Assembly: GCA_019894665.1 (NCBI GenBank)
Contig: JAGXOC010000001.1
Location: forward strand, 18,013-82,012
DNA from: Candidatus Thorarchaeota archaeon
Lineage (GTDB): Archaea; Asgardarchaeota; Thorarchaeia; Thorarchaeales; Thorarchaeaceae
Reading direction: 5' to 3'
Length of the DNA stretch: 64,000 bases
Shown here: positions 9,887-19,473 of the stretch, piece after piece
How positions within the stretch are numbered: position 1 is the first letter of the stretch
How the letters are laid out: each line of letters begins with the position of its first letter
Program-made: the position numbers and the translations under genes
The notes under the pieces: model-generated
Database searches by the model: none
Told to the model about the DNA's origin: nothing
The model's input: only the letters and a program-made list of their open reading frames with translations

Positions 9887-11248
9887 ATGTTTGTGAGAAC
9901 TGGTGCATGTGATCCCTCATCATGCAACAATGAGTGTCTTGAAGCATGTCAAAGAGTGCATGGTGACGTATCACCATTGACTTTTCAAGAGGGTCAGGAC
10001 TATCCAGTAATCAACCTTGAAACATGTACCACCTGCCTTGCTTGCGTTCGCGCCTGTCCGTTTGATGCTATTACAGCAGAACGTACCGACGGGAGAAGTC
10101 CACCTAGGCCGGTTGAATTGAGTGTCCATGAGGGGTCAGATTATAGCCCCTATGAGGTGGCGGACGGTCTCAAACAAATATCAGAGGCTGACACAGTCTT
10201 TGCAAGAGTCCAATTCGATTCCGAGTTTCAATATTATCACCAGACTGAATTCTCTGGTGCACAGCTGATGATCTCGAAAGATATACCTGGATATGGTCGG
10301 TTTGAGCATGAGCTCAGCGTCGCAGCATGGAAGCTCTACGACTCACGCAACTCAATACAACGACCAGGAATAGGTCTTGACCCGGATGCCAGCGAGGCTG
10401 GGGAAAAGAATGTGACCAATCCTGAAGAATTGACTCAGATGGTGAAGAAAGCTGCACGATTCTTTGGTGCAGATCTTGTTGGGATTGCTCCACTTAATCG
10501 AGATTGGTTATACACTTTGAATCGGCGAGGAGAACCGAATATTGTTCCTGAATCATTGGAATTTGTTATCGTTATGGCAATAGAGATGGACTATGACGCT
10601 ATAGCAACATCACCCGCCTTCACGAGCTCAGCAGCGACAGGTCTTGGATATTCATCAATGGCTTTTGCTGAACTTGAACTTGCCGCCTTTATCCAAAGGC
10701 TTGGTTATAGCGCAATGACATCTGGTAACAATGTATCGCTAAGTGTTCCACAAGCAATTGATGCTGGTCTTGGCCAATATGGACGTCATGGGATACTGAT
10801 AACAAAGGAATTTGGTCCGCGGGTGCGGATTGCAAAAGTACTCACGGATATGCCACTTCTGAGGGACTATCCAAATGAGGGCTTTTGCAAATCAGTCGTG
10901 CGCTTTTGTGAGACCTGCAAGAAATGTGCAACCTCATGCCCCTCTCAATCGATACCATACGGTAAAGAACAGACCTGGGGAGGAACCAGCATCTCGAATA
11001 ATCCTGGCGTCAAGAAATGGTACGTCAATGTTGAGAGCTGCTATGGGTTCTGGGTTGAGAATGGTGCGGAATGTTCTAATTGTATCCGTTCATGCCCTTA
11101 CAACAAAAAGGATGGAAGCTTTCATCGGATGATTCTGTGGTTTGTACAACATACACCTTGGCTTAATCGATTGATCGTCAAAATGGATGACATTGCTGGA
11201 TATGGTAAACAAAAGAGTGGAAACAGGTTTTGGAAGAAATTTAGTTGA
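9887..11248 (+). CDS. reductive-dehalogenase-like (RdhA/QueG superfamily) corrinoid Fe-S protein with an N-terminal ferredoxin-like extension
   Basis: Start moved to the ATG at 9887, because the track start at 9512 overlaps the RACo gene. N-terminal CTTCLACVRACP. C-terminal twin cluster motifs CETCKKCATSCP and C-x10-CSNCIRSCP, the Cx(n)CxxCxxxCP pattern typical of RdhA. No Tat signal peptide. Confidence 0.5.
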   Translation: MFVRTGACDPSSCNNECLEACQRVHGDVSPLTFQEGQDYPVINLETCTTCLACVRACPFDAITAERTDGRSPPRPVELSVHEGSDYSPYEVADGLKQISEADTVFARVQFDSEFQYYHQTEFSGAQLMISKDIPGYGRFEHELSVAAWKLYDSRNSIQRPGIGLDPDASEAGEKNVTNPEELTQMVKKAARFFGADLVGIAPLNRDWLYTLNRRGEPNIVPESLEFVIVMAIEMDYDAIATSPAFTSSAATGLGYSSMAFAELELAAFIQRLGYSAMTSGNNVSLSVPQAIDAGLGQYGRHGILITKEFGPRVRIAKVLTDMPLLRDYPNEGFCKSVVRFCETCKKCATSCPSQSIPYGKEQTWGGTSISNNPGVKKWYVNVESCYGFWVENGAECSNCIRSCPYNKKDGSFHRMILWFVQHTPWLNRLIVKMDDIAGYGKQKSGNRFWKKFS

Positions 11249-11320
11249 TGTGTCCGCCGACGGAAGGCATAATTAGCGGGGCTCTATGATTCTAGTGTCC
11301 GATGCTACCAATAATACAAT

Positions 11321-12841
11321 GTGATTTGTGCCAACAATAACATGAATAAATCTGATTTCGGAGTATGGGTTGATATGCCACAAAATGCTGGAAAGCGGGC
11401 AAAAAAGGGGAAAACTAAGACTCCAAAGAAAGAGAAATTCAATCTCCCCGATTTTAATGATGAAATTCTAAACGATATTATCAACAACTCACTCGAAGGA
11501 ATCGGAATCATAGGTGAAGATTACAAAATTGAGTATGCCAACGAGAATTACTGCAAGATTCTTGGTGTTCCTAACCTCATAGGTCATGACTTCCGCAATT
11601 ACTTTGAACAAGATCTGTGGAAAACACTTTCTGACCGCTATGGAGCAAGGCGAAGAGGTGAGGCTCTATCCGGTGTGTATCAGATGAATATCATTCACAA
11701 GGATGGAGAAGTCCGCACAGTTGAAGGTCGGGCTTCCATGGCCATTGGTCCTGACGGAAAACCAAAGATTATTGCACATCTCTTGGATATCACAGAAGTC
11801 CTTGCTGACTCAGAGGCTCTTGAAGAATCAGAGACTCGCTATCAGATGTTAATTGAAACAATGGATGATGGCTTAGTCATTGACGACCCGGATGGAAATC
11901 TCGTTTATACAAATGATGCTTTCTGCAAAATGCTTGGTTACACTTCTGATGAGATAGTTGGAACTTCATGGATTGATTTGACTGAAGGTTTGAACTCTGA
12001 GGATATTGCAACGAAAATTGCAGAGCGAAGATCTGGGAAATCCGAGAGTTACGAGCTACGCTGGATTACTAAGTCCGGTGAGAGTGTGCCAACTATTGTC
12101 TCAGCAACACCTTACATCGACAGAGATGGGAAGTTTGTAGGGACATTTGCAGTGATAACTGAAATCTCGGAACAGAAAGAAGCTGAGGCCGCTGTCCAAT
12201 TCTATCTTGATCTATTAAGCCATGATATTGCAAACCAACTCCAGGTGATAATGACTAGTAGTGGTCTTCTAGAGGAAGAAGTTCCCGCATCATATATTGA
12301 TGACGCCCGAAAGGACATCTTGGACGCTGTAGAGCGATGCAATAGACTCATCACAAAAGTAAAACGTGCGGCTCAAATCCGATACATTCCCCTATCTCGA
12401 ATTGATGCGATGCCAATCTTAAAGGAAAAAATCAAGGTCCTAGAACGAGTTTATGGTGCAAAGGTGCACCTTCAAGGATTGAAGAAGATTCTTCCTGTTG
12501 AGGCTGATGTCCTACTAGGTGAGATGATTTGGAATCTTCTTGAGAACGCAGCACGTCATAATCCAAAGGACGAAAAGCAGGTGTGGGTTACTTGCGAAAC
12601 AAAAACCGATACATGCAGCATTGTTATTGGTGATGATGGTCCAGGTCTCAGTGATATGAGAAAAAAGACTCTATTCACTGAACGAAAACATGGTGGCGGA
12701 GTAGGACTTACTCTGGTATCTCAAATGATCCGAAAATATGGTGGGTCGATCGAGGTACAGGATCGGGTAATTGGCAAACCAGCTATGGGCACAAAGTTTA
12801 TTGTCACTCTGAGAACGGCAGACCCTCGCGAGAAACGATAG
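11321..12841 (+). CDS. sensor histidine kinase with tandem PAS domains
   Basis: PAS cores (IIGEDYKIEYANENYCKILG; VIDDPDGNLVYTNDAFCKMLGY). H-box LSHDIANQLQVI. N-box LLENAARHN. G1 DDGPGL. G2 GGGVGLTLVSQMIRKYGGSIEV. Confidence 0.8.
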   Translation: MICANNNMNKSDFGVWVDMPQNAGKRAKKGKTKTPKKEKFNLPDFNDEILNDIINNSLEGIGIIGEDYKIEYANENYCKILGVPNLIGHDFRNYFEQDLWKTLSDRYGARRRGEALSGVYQMNIIHKDGEVRTVEGRASMAIGPDGKPKIIAHLLDITEVLADSEALEESETRYQMLIETMDDGLVIDDPDGNLVYTNDAFCKMLGYTSDEIVGTSWIDLTEGLNSEDIATKIAERRSGKSESYELRWITKSGESVPTIVSATPYIDRDGKFVGTFAVITEISEQKEAEAAVQFYLDLLSHDIANQLQVIMTSSGLLEEEVPASYIDDARKDILDAVERCNRLITKVKRAAQIRYIPLSRIDAMPILKEKIKVLERVYGAKVHLQGLKKILPVEADVLLGEMIWNLLENAARHNPKDEKQVWVTCETKTDTCSIVIGDDGPGLSDMRKKTLFTERKHGGGVGLTLVSQMIRKYGGSIEVQDRVIGKPAMGTKFIVTLRTADPREKR

Positions 12842-12853
12842 AAGCTCCAGTTA

Positions 12854-13147
12854 CTAATGTGTTCGATTCTCCAAACGTTCGTATAACCCCTCGAAGAAGT
12901 CCTTCTTTTTGATTTTACCATGGTTGATAGTAAAGAAGTTTGTTTTGATACGATAAAGTCTGTTCTTTATCTCACTGTACTTCTTTAGTCTCTTCTTGCC
13001 CACGGCATTGTCAATGATGGACGTGACTGCTTCTGGGAAGTTGTCGATATATTGACACTGTTTGATCTGAATGTGAAACAGTGTACTTTGTAGAATGTCG
13101 GTTCTAGAGATACATTTAGGCTCCACGGTCATATGCACGGTCCCCAC
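12854..13147 (-). CDS. hypothetical small protein
   Basis: 97-codon ORF in the gap between the kinase and the radical-SAM gene. No recognisable motif. Composition is plausible, but Lys/Ile-rich. Confidence 0.25.
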   Translation of the reverse strand: MGTVHMTVEPKCISRTDILQSTLFHIQIKQCQYIDNFPEAVTSIIDNAVGKKRLKKYSEIKNRLYRIKTNFFTINHGKIKKKDFFEGLYERLENRTH

Positions 13148-13295
13148 ACATTCGAGGATGAATTATTCTTATGAAGATTCTAGAAAAAACCTACAAGAAG
13201 TCTAGTAATACTGCTCCAGTAATCGGTTTATTGAGTGACATATGGGTTGAAATTATAACCCGGGAGTCACGACAATTGTACGGACTTGTATAGCC

Positions 13296-13991
13296 ATGCG
13301 CGTTGCGTCAATCATTGACATAAGCCTCGTTGATGTACCTGGCATACCCGTCACTGTGCTTTTCACAGCAGGGTGTAACATGGATTGTCCATATTGTCAG
13401 AATGCTGAGATTATTCCCACCACTTCTGGTGATGAGATGACGATAGATGAGATTGTCCAACAGCTTCGTGGAAATCTTACTGATGGATACTGTATCACAG
13501 GTGGTGAGCCCACTATCCAAAAGGACCTTTCAGATTTACTCAAACAACTACGTTTAGAGGAATCCAAACACATCAATCTCAACACCCAAGGGACGGTTCC
13601 TGATGTTCTTCGGCAATCATTACCCTACTTAGACTCGGTATGGTTCGATATCAAAACAATTCCGTCATCTTATTGCAAGGTGACTCGTGTTGAGAAAGAT
13701 CCTTGGTCCCGTGTAGAACGAAGCATTAAGCATGTGTTAGATTCAGAAGCTTCTTTCTGGCCGAGAACGACATATGTCGGGGGTCTCACCCAATCTTCTG
13801 ACATTCTCAAAATCTCTGAAATCCTTTCAGACTTAGGATTTGAGGGAGAATACGTGGTGCAGAACTTCGTTAAATCTAAAGGAACTCGAGAGGCTGATGT
13901 AGAGTCTTTCACTGAACCCGATTTAGATGAACTCAAATCTGTCCTTGTTAATATTCCAGAAGGAATTAGCTTGCGCTTGGAATGGCGATAG
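13296..13991 (+). CDS. radical SAM protein, glycyl-radical-enzyme activase / NrdG / QueE-like
   Basis: CNMDCPYCQN (CxxxCxYCxN) near the N-terminus, then GYCITGGEPT (SAM-binding GGE motif). About 230 aa. Confidence 0.6.
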   Translation: MRVASIIDISLVDVPGIPVTVLFTAGCNMDCPYCQNAEIIPTTSGDEMTIDEIVQQLRGNLTDGYCITGGEPTIQKDLSDLLKQLRLEESKHINLNTQGTVPDVLRQSLPYLDSVWFDIKTIPSSYCKVTRVEKDPWSRVERSIKHVLDSEASFWPRTTYVGGLTQSSDILKISEILSDLGFEGEYVVQNFVKSKGTREADVESFTEPDLDELKSVLVNIPEGISLRLEWR

Positions 13992-14100
13992 AGCCAAACC
14001 ATGGGCGAACACACAGACAACCTTTTAAACGCCCTAGGAATGACGTTGATTTGACCACGCCAGATGCTAGGTCACATATTGCTGGAGTGTTATTCAAAAC

Positions 14101-14841
14101 ATGTTTCCCACACAGTCAATGGGTTATGACAGAGCTATTACAGTTTTCAGCCCTGAAGGCAGATTATACCAAGTAGAATACGCCACTGAAGCAGTCCGTC
14201 ATGGACCACTTGCAGTTGGAGTCAAGGCCAGTAATGGAGTTGTCCTGGTAGGAGAGAAACGTTCTCCTCATCCAATGGCAGATCTTGACTCTCTCAAGAA
14301 AATCCTACTTATCGATGACCATGTAGGTACAGCAATTGCTGGTCTGCATGCTGACGCACGAAAGTTGATTGATCAAGCTCGTGTCCAAGCTCAAATCAAC
14401 AGACTAAGTTATGATGAACCCATCTCGGTTTCATCTCTAGTTGTGAACATCTGTGACACCAAACAAATGCATACTCAGTACGGTGGAGTTCGACCATATG
14501 GAGTGTCACTCTTGGTAGCAGGTGTTGACGATCATGGTCCCCAACTATTCACAACCGATCCATCCGGTTCATTCTGGGGTTGGAAAGCAGCAGCTATTGG
14601 CAAAGAGGCGGACGTAGTTCGCGATTTCTTTGCTGAGAAGTACAAATCTTCAATTAATCTTGATGGTGCACTTGATTTAGCAATCGAAGGACTCTTGAAG
14701 TCTACCGACAAAGCTGAAGTTGAACCTGAAGAGAAGGCTAAGACTCTTGAGATTGGTAAGATTGACACTAAAGACAATATGTTCACAATCTTAAGTCAAG
14801 CTGAAGTCGAAGAGGTCTTGAAAGCAAGACTAGCCGCTTGA
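14101..14841 (+). CDS. psmA: 20S proteasome alpha subunit
   Basis: Classic alpha-subunit N-terminus: YDRAITVFSPEGRLYQVEYA. Length 246 aa. Confidence 0.9.
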   Translation: MFPTQSMGYDRAITVFSPEGRLYQVEYATEAVRHGPLAVGVKASNGVVLVGEKRSPHPMADLDSLKKILLIDDHVGTAIAGLHADARKLIDQARVQAQINRLSYDEPISVSSLVVNICDTKQMHTQYGGVRPYGVSLLVAGVDDHGPQLFTTDPSGSFWGWKAAAIGKEADVVRDFFAEKYKSSINLDGALDLAIEGLLKSTDKAEVEPEEKAKTLEIGKIDTKDNMFTILSQAEVEEVLKARLAA

Positions 14842-15735
14842 TTGCTCTACCAATCTATCAACAATCAACGATGCAATATCAATTCCTGTAACTCGAGATA
14901 AAGCACTCCATGATGGGGCGGCATTCGCTTCAATGACACATGGGCCCTCTGGAGACTCGATGATATCAACACCTGTATAGTCTAGTTTCAATATTTCTGC
15001 AGTCTTGATAGCACATTCCTCATATTCTGGAGTCAACTTGGTCAGTTCAGCTTTTCCTCCACCATGAACGTTTGTTCTCCACTCACCCTCAATTCCCTCT
15101 GGAATGTATCGATACATAGCCCCAATCAGTTTTCCACCAATTACAAAAGCGCGAATGTCCCTGTCCGGTTTCTCAACCAGTTCTTGAACATAGAGCACCT
15201 GTCCTAATTGATGAATGAACTTCATTGCACGATAGGTGAGTTCACGATGATCTGCTCTAATGGCACCCATGCCTCGGGCACCTATCAGAGGTTTGACCAC
15301 AACGTCTCCGACCTCATCAACAAAATTAATTGCTGCCTCAAGGTTTTCTCCAATATACGTTCGGGGGATTCTGATTCCTGCTTTATGCAGTGCTGTGAGG
15401 GATGCATACTTGTCCTTTGCTCTTCGGAAAGAATATGCTGGATTCATCACATAGATTCCTGCATCTTCAAAGTGCTCCAACAGACTGATTCTGAAAGTTA
15501 TCTGGTCTCCTGTACCAAATCCTATTGTCCTAACCATCACTCCATCCATGTCAGACACATCTTCCTCATCAAGATGTGTGAATTTGTTTGGGAGCTGAGC
15601 TGCGATGTCTGGCAGTCTGAATGGCATGGCACTGTGTCCCTTTGCTTCCATTGCTTCAATGAGACTTTTAGTCGCCCAATTATTCACATTCTCGTGATAG
15701 ATTACTCCAAACTTGCGATTAGACATGGACATCAC
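14830..15735 (-). CDS. RimK/LysX/MptN-family ATP-grasp alpha-L-glutamate ligase
   Basis: ATP-grasp fold. N-terminal preATP-grasp (KFGVIYHENVNNWATKSLIEAMEAKGH). VVKPLIGARGMG; Mg-binding region ESPEGPCVIEANAAPSW. Its 3' end overlaps the psmA 3' end by 12 nt (convergent). Confidence 0.7.
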   Translation of the reverse strand: MMSMSNRKFGVIYHENVNNWATKSLIEAMEAKGHSAMPFRLPDIAAQLPNKFTHLDEEDVSDMDGVMVRTIGFGTGDQITFRISLLEHFEDAGIYVMNPAYSFRRAKDKYASLTALHKAGIRIPRTYIGENLEAAINFVDEVGDVVVKPLIGARGMGAIRADHRELTYRAMKFIHQLGQVLYVQELVEKPDRDIRAFVIGGKLIGAMYRYIPEGIEGEWRTNVHGGGKAELTKLTPEYEECAIKTAEILKLDYTGVDIIESPEGPCVIEANAAPSWSALSRVTGIDIASLIVDRLVEQSSG

Positions 15736-15841
15736 CTGGAGTTACTACACATTGGGACCTGACGTTCCGTTAAAAGAGCTATCCACCAACCAGTTGTTCC
15801 ATTTAGACAAACCCAAATAGCCGGCAAGTTATGCCTACACC

Positions 15842-16618
15842 ATGGGACTTCCTGGATTAACTTCCTCTCAGATGATTGAAGTAGACAGAATAATGATGGA
15901 TGAACTAGAAGTTCCCGTGGACTTGATGATGGAGCACGCGGGTAGCAATCTAGCAAGATTGTGTGTCACTCTTTCCCCCACACGTGATGGTGTCTTTCGA
16001 GTTATTGCTGGTTCTGGGAATAATGGTGGGGGTGGGATAGTTGCCGCACGTAGGCTCATGAGTTGGGGTCATGACGTTATCATATACCTGCCGCGTGGAA
16101 AAGAGAGCCTTAGATCTGTGCCATTAGAGCAGTTGAGGCGTGCTGAAAGAGTCGGTGTCAAAATCGTCAATGGTCTCCCAGAAGCTTCCACCGAACAACA
16201 ATGTCTCGTCATAGATGCATATCTTGGCTACGGCTATCATAAACAGAACGATTCCATTTCTGAGGCTGTCTTTTCATATCTTCGGAGCGAATCAAAGATT
16301 GTATCACTTGACGTTCCATCTGGGCTTGACTCAACCACTGGTGCATCGCATAGTCTGTTCAATCCTATTGCAACTATGACCATTGCTTTTATGAAGAGTG
16401 GACTACTCATAGGACCGAAAAACTTGATAGGAACCTTATTCATTGCTGACATTGGAGTACCTATGGATATCTATGAATCAAGATTGAACCTTTCATGGAA
16501 ACCCCCCTATTCGCTGTTCAGTCTGAACTCCTTGTATCTAGCATTCTCTCAAGACCCGCTTCAACAAGTCAAGTTGTCAAAAACTGATAATGGACCAACC
16601 TGGTCTGTATCGTTCTAG
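15842..16618 (+). CDS. nnrE: NAD(P)H-hydrate epimerase (YjeF N-terminal domain)
   Basis: YjeF_N signature: VIAGSGNNGGGGIVAARRL. DAYLGYGY. Confidence 0.65.
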   Translation: MGLPGLTSSQMIEVDRIMMDELEVPVDLMMEHAGSNLARLCVTLSPTRDGVFRVIAGSGNNGGGGIVAARRLMSWGHDVIIYLPRGKESLRSVPLEQLRRAERVGVKIVNGLPEASTEQQCLVIDAYLGYGYHKQNDSISEAVFSYLRSESKIVSLDVPSGLDSTTGASHSLFNPIATMTIAFMKSGLLIGPKNLIGTLFIADIGVPMDIYESRLNLSWKPPYSLFSLNSLYLAFSQDPLQQVKLSKTDNGPTWSVSF

Positions 16619-17696
16619 GATAAGCATCAAGTATTCGCCTGTTTCGAAAAAATCTTCAGACATCAAGGGTATGAGTGAACTTGCAATGATCAACGAGCTG
16701 ATGGAAATATCTGAGAAACTTGCAAATGATCGCAAGCAGAATCCAGTACTGCTGGCACGTATGGAGTTTGCATGTAAGGGACAGTCACCTCGGTTTCTCA
16801 TTATTTCACCCGTCACTAGGAGTGGCCAGGATTTACAGCTGTTCAATATGAGCATGGGGGATGCATTTCATGCTACGCGGATCCCGGGACATGCTTTGCT
16901 TCCGCCTGACTTTGCTCCAACTCTATTCAAAGGACCTGCGTCATTTAATCGCGACTTCCCTCACCAGAAAGGTGTGATTGTAACCTTTGATATTGATGAG
17001 CCATTGGAAATCATTAGAGAAACCATTGAGAACATATCACTTCATCACGATTTGAATACACTTCCACTTATTGCCTTTCAGATAGATTATCAAAATGGTC
17101 GAGTAAAACTCATTGTGCATGGTAAAGGACGCACCTACGAATATGAGAACATATTGCTATCTCGAATTAGAGTGCCTGATGAATTGGATAATGACCTTCT
17201 TGTTCTTATTTGTTCAGACTCTAGAGTTCATCCACCACACTCAAACAACGGCATCCCAATGGCAATACGAACTCTCGGTGGATATGTTCCTGAATACAGT
17301 GGGAATCATGATGAGACAGAACAACTAAACGAATTTTTCCAGAAATGGCTGTCTTCTACTGGTAATTCAAAGATAATTCTCGTTGTAGCTCATGGTAACT
17401 TTGAAGGAGAAGGAGATTCCTGCGCGGCTGGAACTGCATCGCTGAATCCAGATACAATATCAAACCCCTCCCTAAAACCCACCATAGAAGAGTTAAAGCG
17501 AGCTGCCGAGGAATTTGAAAGTGGTCCACCCAGGAATCCAGAAGATCGCGTAAAGTCATTATCAAAAGCAACTCGAGCTAATCTTCTAACTTACCCAGCG
17601 ATTGCAGATGCAGAGAGTATGTTCCAACTCACAATAGATGAACTATTGATGGATACAGTCACTAATACGCTATCTCAATCTGACATTTTCGAATAA
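16590..17696 (+). CDS. hypothetical protein with a divergent beta-carbonic-anhydrase-like motif
   Basis: LVLICSDSRV matches the CxDxR zinc-ligand motif of beta-CA. A second His/Cys region (VVAHGNFEGEGDSCAAG) has non-canonical spacing. An alternative start at 16671 (MSELAM...) would remove the overlap with nnrE. Confidence 0.35.
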   Translation: MDQPGLYRSRISIKYSPVSKKSSDIKGMSELAMINELMEISEKLANDRKQNPVLLARMEFACKGQSPRFLIISPVTRSGQDLQLFNMSMGDAFHATRIPGHALLPPDFAPTLFKGPASFNRDFPHQKGVIVTFDIDEPLEIIRETIENISLHHDLNTLPLIAFQIDYQNGRVKLIVHGKGRTYEYENILLSRIRVPDELDNDLLVLICSDSRVHPPHSNNGIPMAIRTLGGYVPEYSGNHDETEQLNEFFQKWLSSTGNSKIILVVAHGNFEGEGDSCAAGTASLNPDTISNPSLKPTIEELKRAAEEFESGPPRNPEDRVKSLSKATRANLLTYPAIADAESMFQLTIDELLMDTVTNTLSQSDIFE

Positions 17697-18367
17697 TGAC
17701 CAGAATATGAAACTACTAGGTCCTCATATTGGTCCAGATCAAGTATGAATGAATTCAGTTTGAAAACTGGTACAACCGGTACGCCCTCATGAAGTTCTAC
17801 CTCTTCGACTAACCAAGTCACAAGTACCGGGAATAACCTGTATTCCTTCTCAACCAGCGTTCTCATCTTCTCTGAGAGCCTAACTAATTCTTTGGTCAAT
17901 TCCTGTGTTCGCTTCTTCTGTTTTTCAGCTGCTGTTTTGAGAGCTGATGACTTGCCACTTCTAATACTCCACATCTTCGCGTCAATTGCAATGATGATGT
18001 TACCCTTCACACCAATAACATCAATCTCCATCCCATGGATCAAAGAATTACCTCGTCTGCGGTAGCTCTCAACACATCTGTAGCCGTTCGCTGACAGGAT
18101 TGTTGCGACAAACCCTTCAAAATCTTTCCACGTCAATAAATCGACCATGTCAGCTATACTAGCGCCCTCCTTTACCCCCCTCATCGCTAAATCGATTCTC
18201 TCCGTTCTAGTAATGTGGATAAGGCTCCCGTTAGGCATGAACAGCCCAATTTGTTCCAACACTTTTTCCGTGAGTGAATCCGTAGATGAAATCTCTCCAC
18301 CCTCTTTTGTTTGCTTGAGAACTTCTGTAATAGTATGGATAATTTCAGACGGCATTGTCATATTCAA
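17675..18367 (-). CDS. restriction-endonuclease-fold (Mrr_cat-like) domain protein
   Basis: WKDFEGFVATILSANGYRCV ... GMEIDVIGVKGNIIIAIDAKMW matches the Mrr_cat pattern (FE..v..ll...Gy.v ... D.GiD.i ... QcK), which carries the D-(D/E)xK nuclease core. Confidence 0.5.
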   Translation of the reverse strand: MNMTMPSEIIHTITEVLKQTKEGGEISSTDSLTEKVLEQIGLFMPNGSLIHITRTERIDLAMRGVKEGASIADMVDLLTWKDFEGFVATILSANGYRCVESYRRRGNSLIHGMEIDVIGVKGNIIIAIDAKMWSIRSGKSSALKTAAEKQKKRTQELTKELVRLSEKMRTLVEKEYRLFPVLVTWLVEEVELHEGVPVVPVFKLNSFILDLDQYEDLVVSYSGHYSKMSD

Positions 18368-18419
18368 TAAACTGTGCTAGTTTATAACCTCAATAGATGA
18401 CAGTGATTTAGGTGGGCCG

Positions 18420-18908
18420 ATGTCTGAGCAGGAAGGATGGCACAGAGTACTCAAGGCATTTGAGGATTGGATACAATACGAAACTACTGAGTTTGGACCT
18501 TACACCGGTTATTTTTCACTTGAGAATCTGAGAGACCTCACGAGCAAGGAACGAGTAAGCTGGATGCAATCGATGTATGATGAGATTATTCCCGGTCGTG
18601 TGGAGCGATGTAAAAGTGCAGGTATTGCCTTTGAGGATTTTCTACCCTACATGCCCGATCCAACAGCACGTGAAGTCGTGCAATCCATGATAGATTTGAC
18701 GCAGGTTCTCTCAGATGATATACTAGCCATGAGCGATACAATACATGCGATGAAGGAAGAGCATGAGGCTAGTGGCTTAGATGAAATTGTACCATTTCTT
18801 TCAGATATTGCAGAGGCAGAAGAGGGGATTCGTCATCACATGAGCCTATTCAGCCAAGGTTTTGGCAAGCTCCGAAGTATGGGACTTGAGATGCCAACCA
18901 TGGAATAG
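18420..18908 (+). CDS. hypothetical acidic protein
   Basis: 162-codon ORF with clean intergenic spacing. No recognisable domain. Confidence 0.4.
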   Translation: MSEQEGWHRVLKAFEDWIQYETTEFGPYTGYFSLENLRDLTSKERVSWMQSMYDEIIPGRVERCKSAGIAFEDFLPYMPDPTAREVVQSMIDLTQVLSDDILAMSDTIHAMKEEHEASGLDEIVPFLSDIAEAEEGIRHHMSLFSQGFGKLRSMGLEMPTME

Positions 18909-19024
18909 ACTCGATTAAATCAGTGATTACATCACTGACAAAACTTAAGTACAAACATCGATTTGGCCAAACTGACCCAATTAGAATGAGGTGAAAAACG
19001 CAATGGGAACTAGAACAAGAACTA

Positions 19025-19438
19025 ATGCCCATCAACATCGGGTCTCGAACACAAAAGGTGACTGCCATCCAGATGGTGACTGCGAAATTAAGTCACGAGG
19101 TGAATGTGTTCTTCAGTGACCGTAAGGTCTCGACGACTGCTTTTCAAAGTCTTGCTGCATCGTTCTTCAGACTAGCTGATGCTAGGTTGAGTGATACACA
19201 GAAGCAGGTACTACGAATGAGTCATGAGCTGCTCAAACATCGCGAGCTGACTCTGACAGCTCTTGCAGACAAGGTTTCGCGTCGAAGTACTCTTCCTTAT
19301 AGTACATGTAAGTGGAATCTCCGTGCTCTGAAGAACATGGGACTTCTGAATGGTGGAAATCTGAACAGTAAAGGACAGTTCGCCTGTCTGACCGCTGAGG
19401 CCCAGATGTTGGTAGACTACCTAGAGGATGACCTCTAG
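19025..19438 (+). CDS. putative winged-helix transcriptional regulator
   Basis: wHTH-like segment QKQVLRMSHELLKHRELTLTALADKVSRRSTLPYSTCKWNLRALKNMGLL. Confidence 0.45.
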   Translation: MPINIGSRTQKVTAIQMVTAKLSHEVNVFFSDRKVSTTAFQSLAASFFRLADARLSDTQKQVLRMSHELLKHRELTLTALADKVSRRSTLPYSTCKWNLRALKNMGLLNGGNLNSKGQFACLTAEAQMLVDYLEDDL

Positions 19439-19443
19439 TATAT

Positions 19444-19473
19444 GGGGGCTTCTTAAGTCCCCTTCCTTTTTTT
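19444..19473 (+). terminator. hairpin plus oligo-T terminator-like element after the 19025-19438 gene
   Basis: GGGGGCTT-cTT-AAGTCCCC forms an 8-bp stem (one G·U pair) with a 3-nt loop, then TTCC and a T7 run (19467-19473), 6 nt past the stop codon. Confidence 0.45.

Noticed and set aside
13148-13295. Archaeal BRE/TATA promoter call (AAATTATAA at about 13247-13255) upstream of the radical-SAM gene
   Set aside because: The motif lies about 45 nt from the ATG. That fits only if a 15-20 nt leader exists, and AT-rich octamers are frequent in this ~42% GC sequence. It is not reported as a feature.
7247-18367. Possibility of a restriction-modification system (MTase at 7247-8125 plus an Mrr_cat-like nuclease at 17675-18367)
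   Set aside because: The genes are 10 kb apart, on unrelated transcription units, with a dozen unrelated genes between them. No REase, specificity subunit or helicase lies adjacent to the MTase.
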